Shown in pieces: positions 51,659 to 64,000 of a stretch of DNA of 64,000 nucleotides (its first letter is position 1; the number at the start of each line of letters is the position of its first letter). The notes beneath the pieces were generated by a model, which was not told the DNA's origin, did no database searches, and saw only the letters and a program-made list of their open reading frames with translations. Both the position numbers and the translations under genes were made by a program. Origin of the DNA: Eledone cirrhosa (taxonomy: Eukaryota); the NCBI GenBank assembly GCA_964016885.1, contig OZ024742.1:217558001-217622000 (forward strand). Reading direction: 5' to 3'.

Positions 51659-51988
51659 GGAGGCACATGGCTTAGTGGTTAGAGCATTGGCCTTGCAATC
51701 AAAAGGTTGTGAGTTCAATTCTCAGACTGGGTGATGTGTTGTTTCCTTGAGCAAGAGACTTTATTTCACATTGCTCCAGTTTACTCAGCTGTAGAAATGA
51801 GATGATAGGGACTGGGGTCCATATCATTCCACTGCAAAGTGGTCGTGGAGGTGCCACGGCAAAAAAGCACCCAGCACTCACTGTAAATGAGGTTGGTGTT
51901 AGGAAGGGCATCCAGCTGTAGAAATCAAGCCAGAATCAGTTACCGTCCCACCCTTGCACGCAGGGAAAAGCGGACGTAAAATGAAATG
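51659..51988 (+). mobile_element. tRNA-derived SINE family 2 with RTE family A tail
   Basis: A/B boxes; CORE-like TCCTTGAGCAAGAGACTTTATTTC; GGAAGGGCATCCAGCTGTAGAAA module; tail matches 20310-20360. Confidence 0.85.
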
Positions 51989-52124
51989 ATACATATATAT
52001 GTAGGAGGTGAGTTTTATTGTAGCACAATAAAGCAATGCAAATATCGGATAAGTAGCGCTCTACAGTTTGTAGGACTGGAGTATAAATAATATAAGATCA
52101 AAAGATGGTTAAAAGAGTTCCAAG

Positions 52125-52195
52125 TATTTTATTATGCGCATTTCAAAAACAAATATCATCATGGCATGATAGCTGCGTTCTCATCAGATAAAATA
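52125..52195 (-). ncRNA. Minimal type I hammerhead ribozyme (same family as 45961) in a solo pLTR at 52001-52245
   Basis: Reverse complement of 45961-46031 with two substitutions in the stem II region. Confidence 0.8.
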
Positions 52196-52244
52196 GGGAG
52201 ACATGATATGAAGCTTAAAAACACTTGTGAGCAGTGAAGTTTTA

Positions 52245-52285
<41 letters not shown>

Positions 52286-52298
52286 TACATATACATAT

Positions 52299-52381
<83 letters not shown>

Positions 52382-52390
52382 CATATATAC

Positions 52391-52436
<46 letters not shown>

Positions 52437-52544
52437 ATATATATATATATATATATATGTAGGAGGTGAGTTTTATTGTAGTACAATAAAGCAATGCAGA
52501 TATCGGATAAGAAGCACTCTACAGTTTGTAGGACTGGAGTATAC

Positions 52545-52584
<40 letters not shown>

Positions 52585-52936
52585 AATAATAGGCTGCCCG
52601 TTGCAAATGGTGGGGCATGTGAAAAAGTAGGTCCTTCATCAGTGACCCTCCAACCGTCCCAGGCATTTCATCGCTTTAAGGGCCATATGCCTCAGGTTGG
52701 TGCGAACAACGGCTAAAAAAAGTCGTTGGGACACGTAAACAAAGGGGACGCCAGGGTAACAAACAAAATAGTTTAAGCAACGGAAAGTGAGAAGAAATAG
52801 ACAAGTCCCAGATCTCTATGAATATAAACTCGGTGAAATCGTGAACAAGAGACAAAAGACCATCAAACCTGGTTGAAATGTGAGCAAGGAAAGAATTTCG
52901 CCCAAGTTTGACGGGGGGGAAAAAAGAGAGAAGATA

Positions 52937-53735
52937 TTGGTACGGTCACGTGATGCGTACGTTGGTACGGTCACGTGATGCGATGTTGTTTACTCGAGAG
53001 AAGGCTACGTTGGTACGGTCACGTGATGCGCATGAAAGACGACAGCTGTATAACAAAGTGCAGGGCAATAAAGATAGACGGTAGCCACGGAGTAGGCAGA
53101 CCCAGAAAAACATGGGACGAGCTGATAAATTCCGACCTCACACGCTTACACCTCTCCAAGACAATGTCACTGGACCGAGACCTTTGGCGGTACTCAGTAA
53201 TAGAGAAGACCCGCCTTACCTAAATACAAAGTAAAAACCTACTACAGTCAGTAGGCACCTCTATCAAAACACACCCCCGTCCCACCACCTCCACCCCACC
53301 CACACCGCCCCTTTCAATGTAAAGTTATGTTGGTCCCACAACATCCAGGCCGAAACAAATGAGATCGTGTAGGTGTCACGACAGAAAACACACAGTCCAC
53401 GCTGTAAATGTGGCCGTGTAGGCAACACGGTAAAAACCTCCCAGCCCCACACTGTAAATGTGGTTGGTGTTAGGAAGGGCATCCAGCTGTAGAAAACCCG
53501 CCAGACAGTCCACGCTGTAATGTGGCCGTGTAGGCAACACGGTAAAAACCTCCCAGCCCCACACTGTAAATGTGGTTGGTGTTAGGAAGGGCATCCAACT
53601 GTAGAAAACCCGCCAGACAGTCCTATGCGAGCAAGACAACCACTCTTGCCTCAAATGGGAAAACCCCCGTCCAAACCCATGCAAGCGTGGAACACGGACG
53701 CTAAACCTGATGATGATGATGATGATGATGATGAT
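52937..53735 (+). mobile_element. RTE family C 3' fragment
   Basis: Near-identical to 34125-34870. Confidence 0.88.
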
Positions 53736-53763
53736 ATGTATATATATATATGTATGTATATAT

Positions 53764-53814
<51 letters not shown>

Positions 53815-53952
53815 TGTATGTATGTATATATATATATATATATATATATTATTAGAAAGTGAGGTTTTTTTTACATGTATATATATGTATATATATCATC
53901 ATAATTCATCATCATTTCCTTTTACGTCCGCTTTTTCCGTGCTATATATATG

Positions 53953-54018
<66 letters not shown>

Positions 54019-54189
54019 TAAACGGAAAAGAAAATGCTGACAAATTGTTCACAGTGAAAAATAGTTTAATTAGGAATAAGTGAGAATTAGTAATAGTATT
54101 GGTTAGTATTCAGTTTTGGTTTTAAGTTTTACCGGTTGTGCATTTCTAATGCTTTTCAAAAATAATTTTGAGATAGAGCGTCTGTGATA

Positions 54190-54513
54190 TATGGCTTAGT
54201 GGTTAGAGCATTGGTCTTGCAATCGAAAGGTTGTGAGTTCAATTCTCAGACCGTGTGATGTGTTGTTTCCTTGAGCAAGAGACTTTATTTCACATTGCTC
54301 CAGTTTACTCAGCTGTAGAAATGAGATGATAGGGACTGGGGTCTCTATCATTTCACTGCAAAGTGGTCGTGAAGGTGCCACAGCAAAAAAGCACCCAGCA
54401 CTCACTGTAAATGCGGTTGGTGTTAGGAAGGGCATCCAGCTGTAGAAATCATGCCAGAATCAGTTCCCGTCCCACCCTTGCAAGCAGGGAAAAGCGGATG
54501 TAAAATGAAATGA
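54190..54513 (+). mobile_element. tRNA-derived SINE family 2 with RTE family A tail
   Basis: Near-identical to 51659-51988. Confidence 0.85.
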
Positions 54514-54515
54514 TG

Positions 54516-54547
<32 letters not shown>

Positions 54548-54603
54548 ACATACATATATATATATATACATACATATATATATATATACATACATATATA
54601 TAT

Positions 54604-54684
<81 letters not shown>

Positions 54685-54689
54685 ATATA

Positions 54690-54736
<47 letters not shown>

Positions 54737-54737
<1 letters not shown>

Positions 54738-55571
54738 GGCAGTGAGACCTGGGAATTGTGTGCAGAGGATATACGCAGACTAGAGAGGAACGAAGCTTGC
54801 ATGCTCCGCTGGATGTGTAATAGTAATATACGTGAACGGCAAAGCATAAACGAACTAAGGAAAAAATTAGAAATAAGAGGGATCAGATGTTGTTTACTCG
54901 AGAGAAGGCTACGTTGGTATGGTCACGTGATGCGCATGAAAGACGATAGCTGTATAACAAAGTGCAGGGCAATAAAGATAGACGGTAGTCACGGAGTAGG
55001 CAGACCCAGAAAAACCTGGGACGAGCTGATAAATTCCGACCTCACACACTTACACCTCTCCAAGACAATGTCACTGGACCGAGACCTTTGGCGGTACTCA
55101 ATAGGCATCTCTAACAAAATACACCCCCGTCCCACCACCCCCACCCCATCCACACCGCCCCTTTCAATGTAAAGTTATGTTGGTGCCACAACATCCAGGC
55201 CGAAACAAATGAGATCGTGTAGGTGTCACGACAAAAAAACACAGTCCACGCTGTAATGTGGGCGTGTAGGCAACACGGTAAAAACCTCCCAGCCCCACAC
55301 TGTAAATGTGGTTGGTGTTAGGAAGGGCATGCAGCTGTTGAAAACCCGCCAGACAGTCCACGCTGTAATGTGGCCGTGTAGGCAACACGGTAAAAACCTC
55401 CCAGCCCCACACTGTAAATGTGGTTGGTGTTAGGAAGCGCATCCAGCTGTAGAAAACCCGCCAGACAGTCCTATGCGAGCAAGACAATCACTCTTGCCTC
55501 AAGTGGGAAAACCCCCGTCCAAACCCATGCAAGCGTGGAACACGGACGTTAAACGTTGATGATGATGATGA

Positions 55572-55575
<4 letters not shown>
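54737..55575 (+). mobile_element. RTE family C 3' fragment between (TA)n arrays
   Basis: Near-identical to 33973-34870 with a short deletion at the ORF end. Confidence 0.88.
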
Positions 55576-55660
<85 letters not shown>

Positions 55661-55661
55661 C

Positions 55662-55824
<163 letters not shown>

Positions 55825-55901
55825 ACAAAGGAAATGTGGCAAGGAACCAGATGGACCATAACGCACCAAAGTACTCAATACTTAGGGTAGTAGAGTGGGT
55901 A

Positions 55902-56017
55902 ATAGGAACGAGTAGGACTCCGACGGCTGAGCTCAAGCCATTTCGACGGCTAATTCAATCCAGAATTAGCTGTCGAAACGGCTTGAGCTCAGCCGTCGGA
56001 GTCCTACTTGTTCCTAT
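55902..56017. repeat. Near-perfect hairpin (~55-bp arms, 6-nt loop)
   Basis: ATAGGAACGAGTAGGACTCCGACGGCTGAGCTCAAGCC..CTAATTC-AATCCA-GAATTAG..GGCTTGAGCTCAGCCGTCGGAGTCCTACTTGTTCCTAT. Confidence 0.9.
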
Positions 56018-56037
56018 ATATATATAATATATATATA

Positions 56038-56210
56038 GGAGCTAGAGAATAAATTCTGCCTATGGAAACAGCAGTTGGAAGCAAGAGGGCTGAGAGTGAA
56101 CCTAGCTAAGGCAAAAGTGTTGATGAGTAGAAAAGAGGACAGAACTCTGATTCTGTCAGGGAAATGGCCATGTTCTATATGCAGGAAAAGACTGGCATAA
56201 ATTCTATAAT
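56038..56210 (+). mobile_element. RTE family A internal fragment
   Basis: Matches 8452-8625. Confidence 0.8.
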
Positions 56211-56244
56211 ATATGTATATATATGTATATATATGTATGACATA

Positions 56245-57487
56245 TATAAAAGTGGGGCTAGTAGACAGGGGAGGAGGGTGTAAAAGCCTCAGCAACCTGC
56301 TCAGACATTTTGAACTGTCTGACAGGTATAGACTGGATTATCCGAATGCGCCAATGTGGACATGGACAAACTGCATTGGGTCATCCAGATCGTATCTAGA
56401 ATGGGTTTTCTGTAGGGAAACAGATAAGGCTAGTGTAGGCTGTCCACAATTTAAAGTAGTCGACTACACGGACCACAAATTTGTGATCTGTGAAGTCGAC
56501 TTAGATATATTCCATAGGCAAGGGCCCGGTTAGTGGAAGCTGAACGCGCCAATCCTGGCACGCAAAGCTTACAGAGACCGGATTAGCAAATTAGTTAAGC
56601 ATGTGTTGACGGGCGCAATCATCAACAACAGGTGGTGGTTTACCCTGAAAGGTCAATTAGAGTAGAATTGATAAGGTTTAGCAAAGGAGTAGTGATTGAG
56701 GAAAATAGAGTAGAGGGAAAGCTAGTTAGAAAGCTAGAAGAGGCGTTTAGGACAGGCATCGCAACCGACGTGCTTGCGGCGAGATTGGCACTCGACCAAT
56801 TCTTCAACGCTAAGCATGAAGGCTGCGTTGTCAGAGCTAGAGTACATACTCTGAGGCACGAGGGGACGAAAGCCGTCGAAAGGGCCTGGGTGGTGGAGGT
56901 GCAACGTGGCAACAAAGCCACAATTAGGTCTAACCCGAGCAGATGTGTGAGGCTTTTCAACAGCACTTTGCTCAACTGTTCAGGAGCAGCGGAGGGCTGG
57001 ATCAGAGTATGGACTTCGGTGGATACCTCGACGGACTGCCGTGCTTTTTGATGACTGTAGCGCAGTGCTGCAAAAAGCCGTTAACAGCAGGTGAAATATG
57101 GGAAGTGATGTCTGATTGCATGAGGGGTAAATCGCTTGGTTTGGATGGTCTGTCCTACAAGCTTTATGTTTACATGCCAAACTTGTTCAACGACTTCTTG
57201 GCAGATGTCTACTGCAACTGGCAGCAGAATGGGAGCATTCTCAGTTTTGTGAGCCGGGGAGTGGTGGTGCTGCTGAGAAAAGACCTGAACAAGGGGGACA
57301 TTATAGACAACTTCAGGCCCATAACTCTGCTGAACACAGAGTTCAAGATTTTGGCCAAGGTGTTAGCAAAGAGATTGGCGCTTGTCGTCGGTGATCTGGT
57401 GGGAGAGACGCAGACATGCGCTATTCCGGATATCTGCTCAGTTGTGAGGGTGAATGGTCACCTGTCGCAGCCATTTAGCATCATGCA
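56245..57487 (+). mobile_element. Tx1/L1-like LINE ORF2 fragment
   Basis: WTWTN..SRSYL, TDHKFV, G*WKLN, NFRPITLLNTEFKILAKVLA; related to 58380-63300. Confidence 0.85.
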
Positions 57488-57859
57488 AAGGGGGTGGGGA
57501 AAAGCCCACCCCCTTTCTCCGTGGAAATAAGTTGATTGTCTATATCTTGAAGGTTAGATTAGTTGATAGCACTCGAGAAACAAAAACTGAGGGGAAAAAA
57601 ATTCCCACTGAAGTCGAGTGAAGTGTTCTATTTGGGTTGTTTGATTGTTGACCAATTGTGTTCACCGATTGTAACAGGTGTGAATTTGATGTGTTGTTAA
57701 ATGAATTGGTCAGTGGTTTATTATAGTATGTAGCAGGAATTGTAGTAGTAAACATTCGCTTAATGGCTGTAAATGTATCTCTCCCATATACATAGATAGA
57801 CAGACAGATTCACTGATTCATTGATTTACACCTCTGTTCAACTATATATATATAATAAT

Positions 57860-58070
57860 AACAATAAAATCTGAAGACTTACAAATATATACAGCATACA
57901 AAAGATAGCTCCACTAGGCACTGCACACATATTACGAAAGGTACTATCAATACAGTAGAAACAACATGAGCAAAAACTACTCTGCTCATACCCAAGGCAC
58001 ACAGAGCTGTGCTCGGTAAAGCAGTAATGATGCGCAATAAAAGTAATAATGGAAATAATAATAATGATAA
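57860..58070 (+). mobile_element. R4/Dong-like LINE 3' end with (TAA)n tail
   Basis: IQKIAPLGTAHILRKVLSIQ* followed by TAA-rich repeats. Confidence 0.65.
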
Positions 58071-58071
58071 T

Positions 58072-58256
58072 AATTGTTTCTACTTTTGGCACAAGGCCAG
58101 TAAATTACCCAGTGCATTACTGGTACTTTATTTTATCGACCCCGTTAGGATGAAAAATAAAGTTAACCTCGACGGCATTTGAACTCAATGGCAATGGCCG
58201 CAACTCTATGCGTCAAAGCATGGCGTCCGACCCTCTACCGATACTGCCAATCCACC
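58072..58256 (-). mobile_element. tRNA-derived SINE family 1
   Basis: Matches 2376-2550. Confidence 0.85.
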
Positions 58257-58349
58257 ATGATAATAATAACAATAGTTTCATTTATTGGCCACAAGTGCCG
58301 ACATATAGGTGACAATATAAATGGGGACTGTGGAGGTTTTACACAAAAA

Positions 58350-61300
58350 TTGAGTAAAAAAAATATGAAAACAATAACAATAAACAAGAAAATTACAAAC
58401 AACAGAAGTTCACCAATAGGGGGGGGGGGGATAACCACCTAGGGTTGACTCAGGTACCCCACCAATCCTGAACTACCTAACAGTTCAAGGGCACCCTTTC
58501 CTCCTTAAATTCACCAGCCTACAGGCGAATGATCAGAGTGGGCCCTCTCACACAGGCCATTCTCGCCACATTCACCCACCTTTTAGCAAATGTACTGGGG
58601 TGTAGCACTTCCATCTCCACCCTCACCTTCCTTTCCAAGTGGAACTTGAAAAGGTTGATGAGAGATTGGCCGAAGAGAAAAGTGTCTGTCCTCAGTCCTT
58701 TCAACCTGGTCCACCATATCACCTCATTTGCTACCTCCACCAGACAGAGGAAAATTGCCTGTCCTTTTTGGCCAAAAGAAGTCGGCAGGTCAATCTTCAC
58801 TCTGGACTCAGCCAATAGCCGGATCAGTTCTACACGTGACAACAGCAGTTCAACATTACTCTACAAGTCAGTAATGCATGGACACTGGACGAGTGCATGC
58901 AAAACAGTTTCTGGATGAGTGCATGCATCTCGAGCAGGTCTGTCTGACAGTACTTCCATGCCTGTAGAGTTTATCTCGAATTGACAGTGCCCCTCCAGCA
59001 AGGGATTTCTGGAAGTTATCCATTCTCACCGGCTCGAAAGTCCTCCAGAACAGACTGGTCAGTTTGACTTCGTTGACGCCCAGATCCTCTTCGAGTGTGT
59101 CGTTGCACTTGCCCATCACGAATCCTCTATAGAACTCGAGAGTGGACGTTCCACTGACCGCATTGCCCATCTGATAGAGGGCAGTCAGTGCCTGGCAACA
59201 TTCCAGGTGCCAGTCATCCAGTCTCGGTCTCTTCTTGACCCAGGACTACAGTTCAGTCAAAGAGACGAGTTGCGGAAAGACCCGTCTGACAAACAGTGGC
59301 CACACCTGTTCACCGTTAAGGCATAATATCTGCAGATGCCACAGCCTCAGCACATCATTAACCACGACATGCCCAGCCTCCGCGTAGAGGATGCTGGCAG
59401 CAGATGGACTGCCTCACCAACAGAACCTGTCCCCTCCACAAGAATTTGAAGAGGAGCCATTCCAAGTTGGCGAGGCACAAATGGGGGCAACGCATGATGT
59501 CAGGCGGTAGTAGATGACGAACGTGATGTATGCATTCGCCACCTTAGCCCGACCTTTCAGTGACAGCTTCCTTGTAGCCCATTTCTGGGTGAGACAGGCT
59601 ACCCTGATCGTCACCTCGTCCCAATTCTTATCCACTTGGAGGTCTGATCCGAACCAAACCCAAGCAACTTTACTGGTCCATCGCCCAATGACGCTGTTAA
59701 ACAGCATGGAATTACTTCTCCAGGTGCCAAGCTGCAAGCCCACCCACTTTTCAAGTTTAAGTTTCACTTCTGTCAACCTTTCATATTCCTCCAATAAGGT
59801 GCCGGCCACCTCGATTTTCGAGGTGTTCAACACGATCGCGGTGATATCGTCCGCATAAGCCGACACAACCTTTCTGCATCCTGGTTTGAGTGGGATGCCT
59901 TGCAACAGCTCCAGCTCCCGTAGTAAAGGCTCGAAAGTCGATGTGTACAGAAGAGAGGAGAGAGAGCACCCTTGACGGACCGATCAGGAGATCTGAAACA
60001 GTTCTGAAAAGTGGTTTTTAACTTTGACCACCAAGCAGATGCCGCTGTGCATTGCAGCAATCCAGCTTTTGAAGACAGGGCCGAAACCAGTTGCCTTGAG
60101 GACAGCCTCCAGCTACTGATGGTTGACCCTATCAAATGCTTTTGATTGATCTAAATTGATGAGAGACCCACCGAAGCCAGGTTTACACCCTATTCTATCT
60201 ATGATGTATTGCATGAGGTGGAGGTTGTCGTGTATGGACCTGGTCAGGATTGCGCAAGTTTGTGCCTCCCCAACCAAATCCTCGATGACAAATGCCAACC
60301 TCTTTGCTCACATCACGGCCAAAATTTTAAACTCTGTGTTGAGCAGAGTTATGGGCCTGAAGTTATCTAATGTGTCCTTCTTGTTCTCGTTTTTCCTTAT
60401 CAGCATCAGAGAACTGGGAATACTCCCATTCTGCTGTCAGTTGCAGGAGATCGGAGAACAAGTCTGGCATATTTACATAAAGTGCATAGGGCAGACCATC
60501 CAAACTGAGTGACTTGCACCTTGTGCAGCCGACAAGGGCATCCTGAATTTTGGCTGAAGTTATCGGCCTTTTGCAGCACTCACCGTCGGCCATCAAGAGA
60601 CGCAGCAAGCCATCTGGGTCGAGACTGAAGTCCGCTACCGTCTCTGACCCGCCACTTACCCTGTTCAACCGTGCAAAGTGCTGGTGAAAGGCCTCACACA
60701 TCTGCCTGGAATTGCTCAGTTTGTGTCTGTCTCAGTCCGTCAATGACCAAATTGTGGTTATATTACCACGCTGCGACTTTGCCACATGGGCCATCAAACA
60801 GCTTTGATTCCCTCATTTCTCAGAGCACACGCCTTAGCTCTGACAATGCAACCTTCGTGTTTTGCATTGAAGAAATAGTCTAATGCCATTCTCGCCGCTA
60901 GCACGTCAGTTGCAATGCCACTACCAATAGCCTCATCTAACTTAGCTACCTCTCCTTTCTATTTTTCTCTTGTGCTACTTCTTTGCTAAACCCTATCGAA
61001 ATTACTCTAATCTCTCTTTTGAGAACCCCCCACCACCAGTTATTGACGACCCTCCCTGTCAACTCTTGCTTGTTGACCTGGTCTCTATAAGCATTACGTG
61101 CCGGAAACGACATGTTCAGCTTCCAGTAACCAGGCTCTAACCTACACATCTTATCTAGGTCAACCATGCAGATCACAAACTTGTGATCTGAATAGGCGAC
61201 CGTTTTAAAACACAGACAGCCTACACTCTTTCTATCTATTTTCCTAATGAATATCCTGTCTATATACGATCTAGATGACCTTATGTTGTTGGTCCAGGTC

Positions 61301-63300
61301 CACACTGGCGCATTAGGGAAATCTAGTTGGTACCTGTCAGACAGTTGGAACTAGCTGATCAGGTACTACAGTTTTTGCACCCCCCCCCCCACTTCTATCA
61401 GCTATTCCCACACAATCCAGCATGCATCTAAGATGCCATTCCAGTCCCCCTGCTGACAGTAAAGGGCAAGACCTACTCAGAAAGGCTTCCAGGCGCCTAA
61501 GAAGTCCGGACATCCGACCCCGATAGAGGCATAGACGGCCACCAGTCTAAAGGCACCACATTCGCTATTGTTCACATCCATGACCAACTTACCGTTCTGG
61601 GTCCCGGAAGATCGACCTTATCTCGACATCCAGTCCTTTCCTAAACAGTACTGCTACCCCACCTCCCATTCCCGGCCAACTAATAGATACAAAGATCTGA
61701 GAGTTGTCGAAAATGGGGGCTAGTGCACACGTGTCGGAAATCCTGGTCTCGCTGATGGCAATTACATCCATATCTAGAGACCTGAGGTCGTTGAGCAAGT
61801 GACCCTGCTTCCAGGGCGACCCCAGGCCATGAACATTTAAATTTAAACTTTCTACTCTTACTATGGCCATGTTGGCAGGCTAAAAGAGAGAGGAAAGGTT
61901 TACTTACCTCCTGGGGTCTTGTGGAGGTCACGTGGTTCGACCTCCATAGTTGGTGGAGTTTCTTTTGGGAACCCCTTTAAAAGTCTTGATGTGGGTTTCA
62001 CGTTTGGGGTTCCCACGTCCCAAGGAAAGCTCTCTTGAATTCCTTTGTAGCAATCGAGCGACATTTGAACCATAAACAAATCTGGCACGCAAAATGTGCT
62101 CAATTGAAAAATCTCCCCCTCTGTTTTATTGATGCAGTTTTATTTGTTTGCGTTTGGGTGATTGTGGTGATGGTTTTGTTAGTGTTGTTTCGGGTGTGTC
62201 TGTATTTGGCAGCAAAGGAGGTTTGCAGCCCCCTGCATTTTTGAGCGAGGGCAGAAGGCCCACAGGTGTGTTGCTTTGCCACAGATGAAGCAGTGTGGCC
62301 TTCTTCCCTCGGTAAACAACTGAATTATTGACCCTGTCCTGCAAGCAGACATGGTCCGGGATATTATTTAGCTGTTCTGGTTTGATTTGAAGAATCTCCA
62401 AATCCATCTTGGACCAGTCCTCTCTCTCATTCTTACTGACATGTATGAAGGTATTGTCAGTACCCTCCTTGACCATGCATCCCAGGAGTCACCATAGGTT
62501 CAGTTCTGGTGAGATCCTGGGAATGCAGACCTTCACTGTTCTTTTGCCCATGGAGGACGGGTACATAATGATGTGTTCCATTCTGCAGGGGGCCACAGAG
62601 TACTTAATAACAAGGGCCCCAATTTTGAATGGCACCGAGATGGTGCTGAACTGTCTGGCCCTTGCTTTGTATTCAATATCATCTTTGATGTATTTCAATG
62701 CAGCCTCGACTTCTGCCTGGCTGGCAAGTTCCGCCTTGCGAGCGGCACTGAAATACATCGAAAATGCAACGTCCTCCTTTGCATTGCCACTATCGCTTCG
62801 TCTGGGATGATTAGGTTGGCTCAGGATTTTTCACGTTTGATTAATTTCCACGCCTGGGCCAACTGTTGCTCTTGTCTGGGATGCCCAGGTAAGAAAATTT
62901 TCTTGTTCCGGCAGTTGCTGCTGCAAATGTACTGTTGTCGTTCATTTTGTTGCTGCTCTCAATGTTGCTTTTGTTGTTGGTGTTGTTGTTGTCACTGTTG
63001 CAGTTGGTGTCAGCCTTGTTCCCAGTGCAGTTGCTGTTTTTGTTGTTGGAGATGGTGTTGTTGGTTGTGTTGTTCTTGGTGCAGTTGGTGTTGTTGTCGC
63101 TGTTGCCGCTGGTGTTGATGTTTTCAATTGTTACCTTTTTGCTGTTGTCGTTGTTTTTGTTGTTATTCGTTACATTATCCATAATGTTGGTGTTGGGGGG
63201 GGGGGGCTGTTGCTCCAAACATTTAAGAGGCTGTCACAGACAGCAGACTTCCAGTTGCTGGGCGTGTTTTTTTTTATACAAAAATTTAAAAAAATAAAAG
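58350..63300 (-). mobile_element. Near full-length decayed Tx1/L1-like LINE (ORF1 ~62100-63218; ORF2 ~58519-61870)
   Basis: ORF2 starts with APE (LNVHGL..ISETR); GYWKLN, KAFDRVNH, AYADD, C-terminal CSRC..H..C; ORF1 has an Asn/Thr-rich N-terminus. Confidence 0.88.
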
Positions 63301-63485
63301 ATTTCAAATATTTGAGCCAAAAGGTCCGAATATTATGGGGTCGCCTTTACACAGGTCAATGAATGGGACCTTATATACAGTTTGTGAAAAAAATATTTAA
63401 GAAATTCCACTTTGAAACAATTCAAAATAACCAACCTTCTGGATCTGATGTGAATATGTCTGTAGCAAATGAGCACCAAAATAAT

Positions 63486-63741
63486 AATTGTTTCTACTTT
63501 TGGCACAAGGCCAGCAATTACCCAAAATAATAATGGTTTCTTATATAGGTACAAGGCCAGCAATTTTGTGGGAGGGGAAAGTTGATTAAATCGACCCCAG
63601 TGCATGACTGGTACTTTATTTTATCAACCCCGTAAGGATGAAAGGCAAAGTTTACCTTGGCGGGATTTGAACTCAGATCATAAAGGGCCATAACTCTATG
63701 CTGCAAAGCATGGCGTCTGACCCTCTACCGTTGCTGCCAAT
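63486..63741 (-). mobile_element. tRNA-derived SINE family 1 (longer variant with duplicated tail)
   Basis: Matches the other family 1 copies. Confidence 0.8.
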
Positions 63742-63756
63742 CATAATAATAACAAT

Positions 63757-64000
63757 AAGTCAGTTACTGCAGAGGACAGTCTATGGATATAAAATAGACA
63801 ACAGACACTACAATCACCTTCTTTATATGGATGATATCAAGCTATTTGGAAACAATGATGGGCAGCAGAAAGGTTTATTGCACACAGTGAAACAATTCAG
63901 TGATGACATCCATATAGAATTTGGACTGGGCAAGTGTGCAAAAGCCACATTAAAGAGAGTGTTGCTCTCTAACCATAAAGATATTGTCATAGATCAACAA
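63757..64000 (+). mobile_element. R4/Dong-like LINE RT fragment, runs off window
   Basis: NHLLYMDDIKLFG..FSDDIHIEFGLGKCAK; starts right after TAA repeats. Confidence 0.75.

Noticed and set aside
51659-51735. tRNA gene
   Set aside because: A/B boxes are present but run into a SINE body and LINE tail; multiple diverged copies, no clean cloverleaf
52620-52680. Hammerhead on the minus strand (CTGATGA near GAAA)
   Set aside because: Could not build stems I-III around the core
56245-61400. Inverted duplication of one Tx1 element
   Set aside because: The two copies are visibly diverged and separated by unrelated inserts; more likely independent insertions of related subfamilies
62573-63297. Cys-rich and Leu-rich plus-strand ORFs resembling metallothionein or membrane proteins
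   Set aside because: Antisense readings of the (AAC)n-rich ORF1 N-terminus of the Tx1-like LINE

Overview
Repeat-dense, AT-rich eukaryotic animal DNA. The zinc-finger style ([10 protein letters not shown]...HTGEKP), the SINE types and the long (TA)n arrays suggest an octopus-like cephalopod; this is an inference. The host genes are two tandem paralogous C2H2 zinc-finger loci on the + strand. One is intact (25391-27271, about 19 complete fingers). The other is a pseudogene (36205-~44056) split by a recent Gypsy LTR retrotransposon (37567-43004; LTRs differ at 1 of 264 nt). Both share a conserved promoter/non-coding first exon and splice sites. Most of the rest is mobile DNA: four RTE-group LINE families (one with a PHD-type finger inside its RT), Tx1/L1-like and R4/Dong-like LINEs, Penelope-like elements, and two SINE families. 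There are also three Buster-type hAT elements with exact 8-bp TSDs (two stacked at one target site) and a decayed RepHel Helitron with nested insertions. Six minimal hammerhead-ribozyme motifs from four sequence families are readable, two of them in the arms of a palindrome just upstream of the second ZNF locus. Boundaries of degenerate elements are approximate and were judged by eye.
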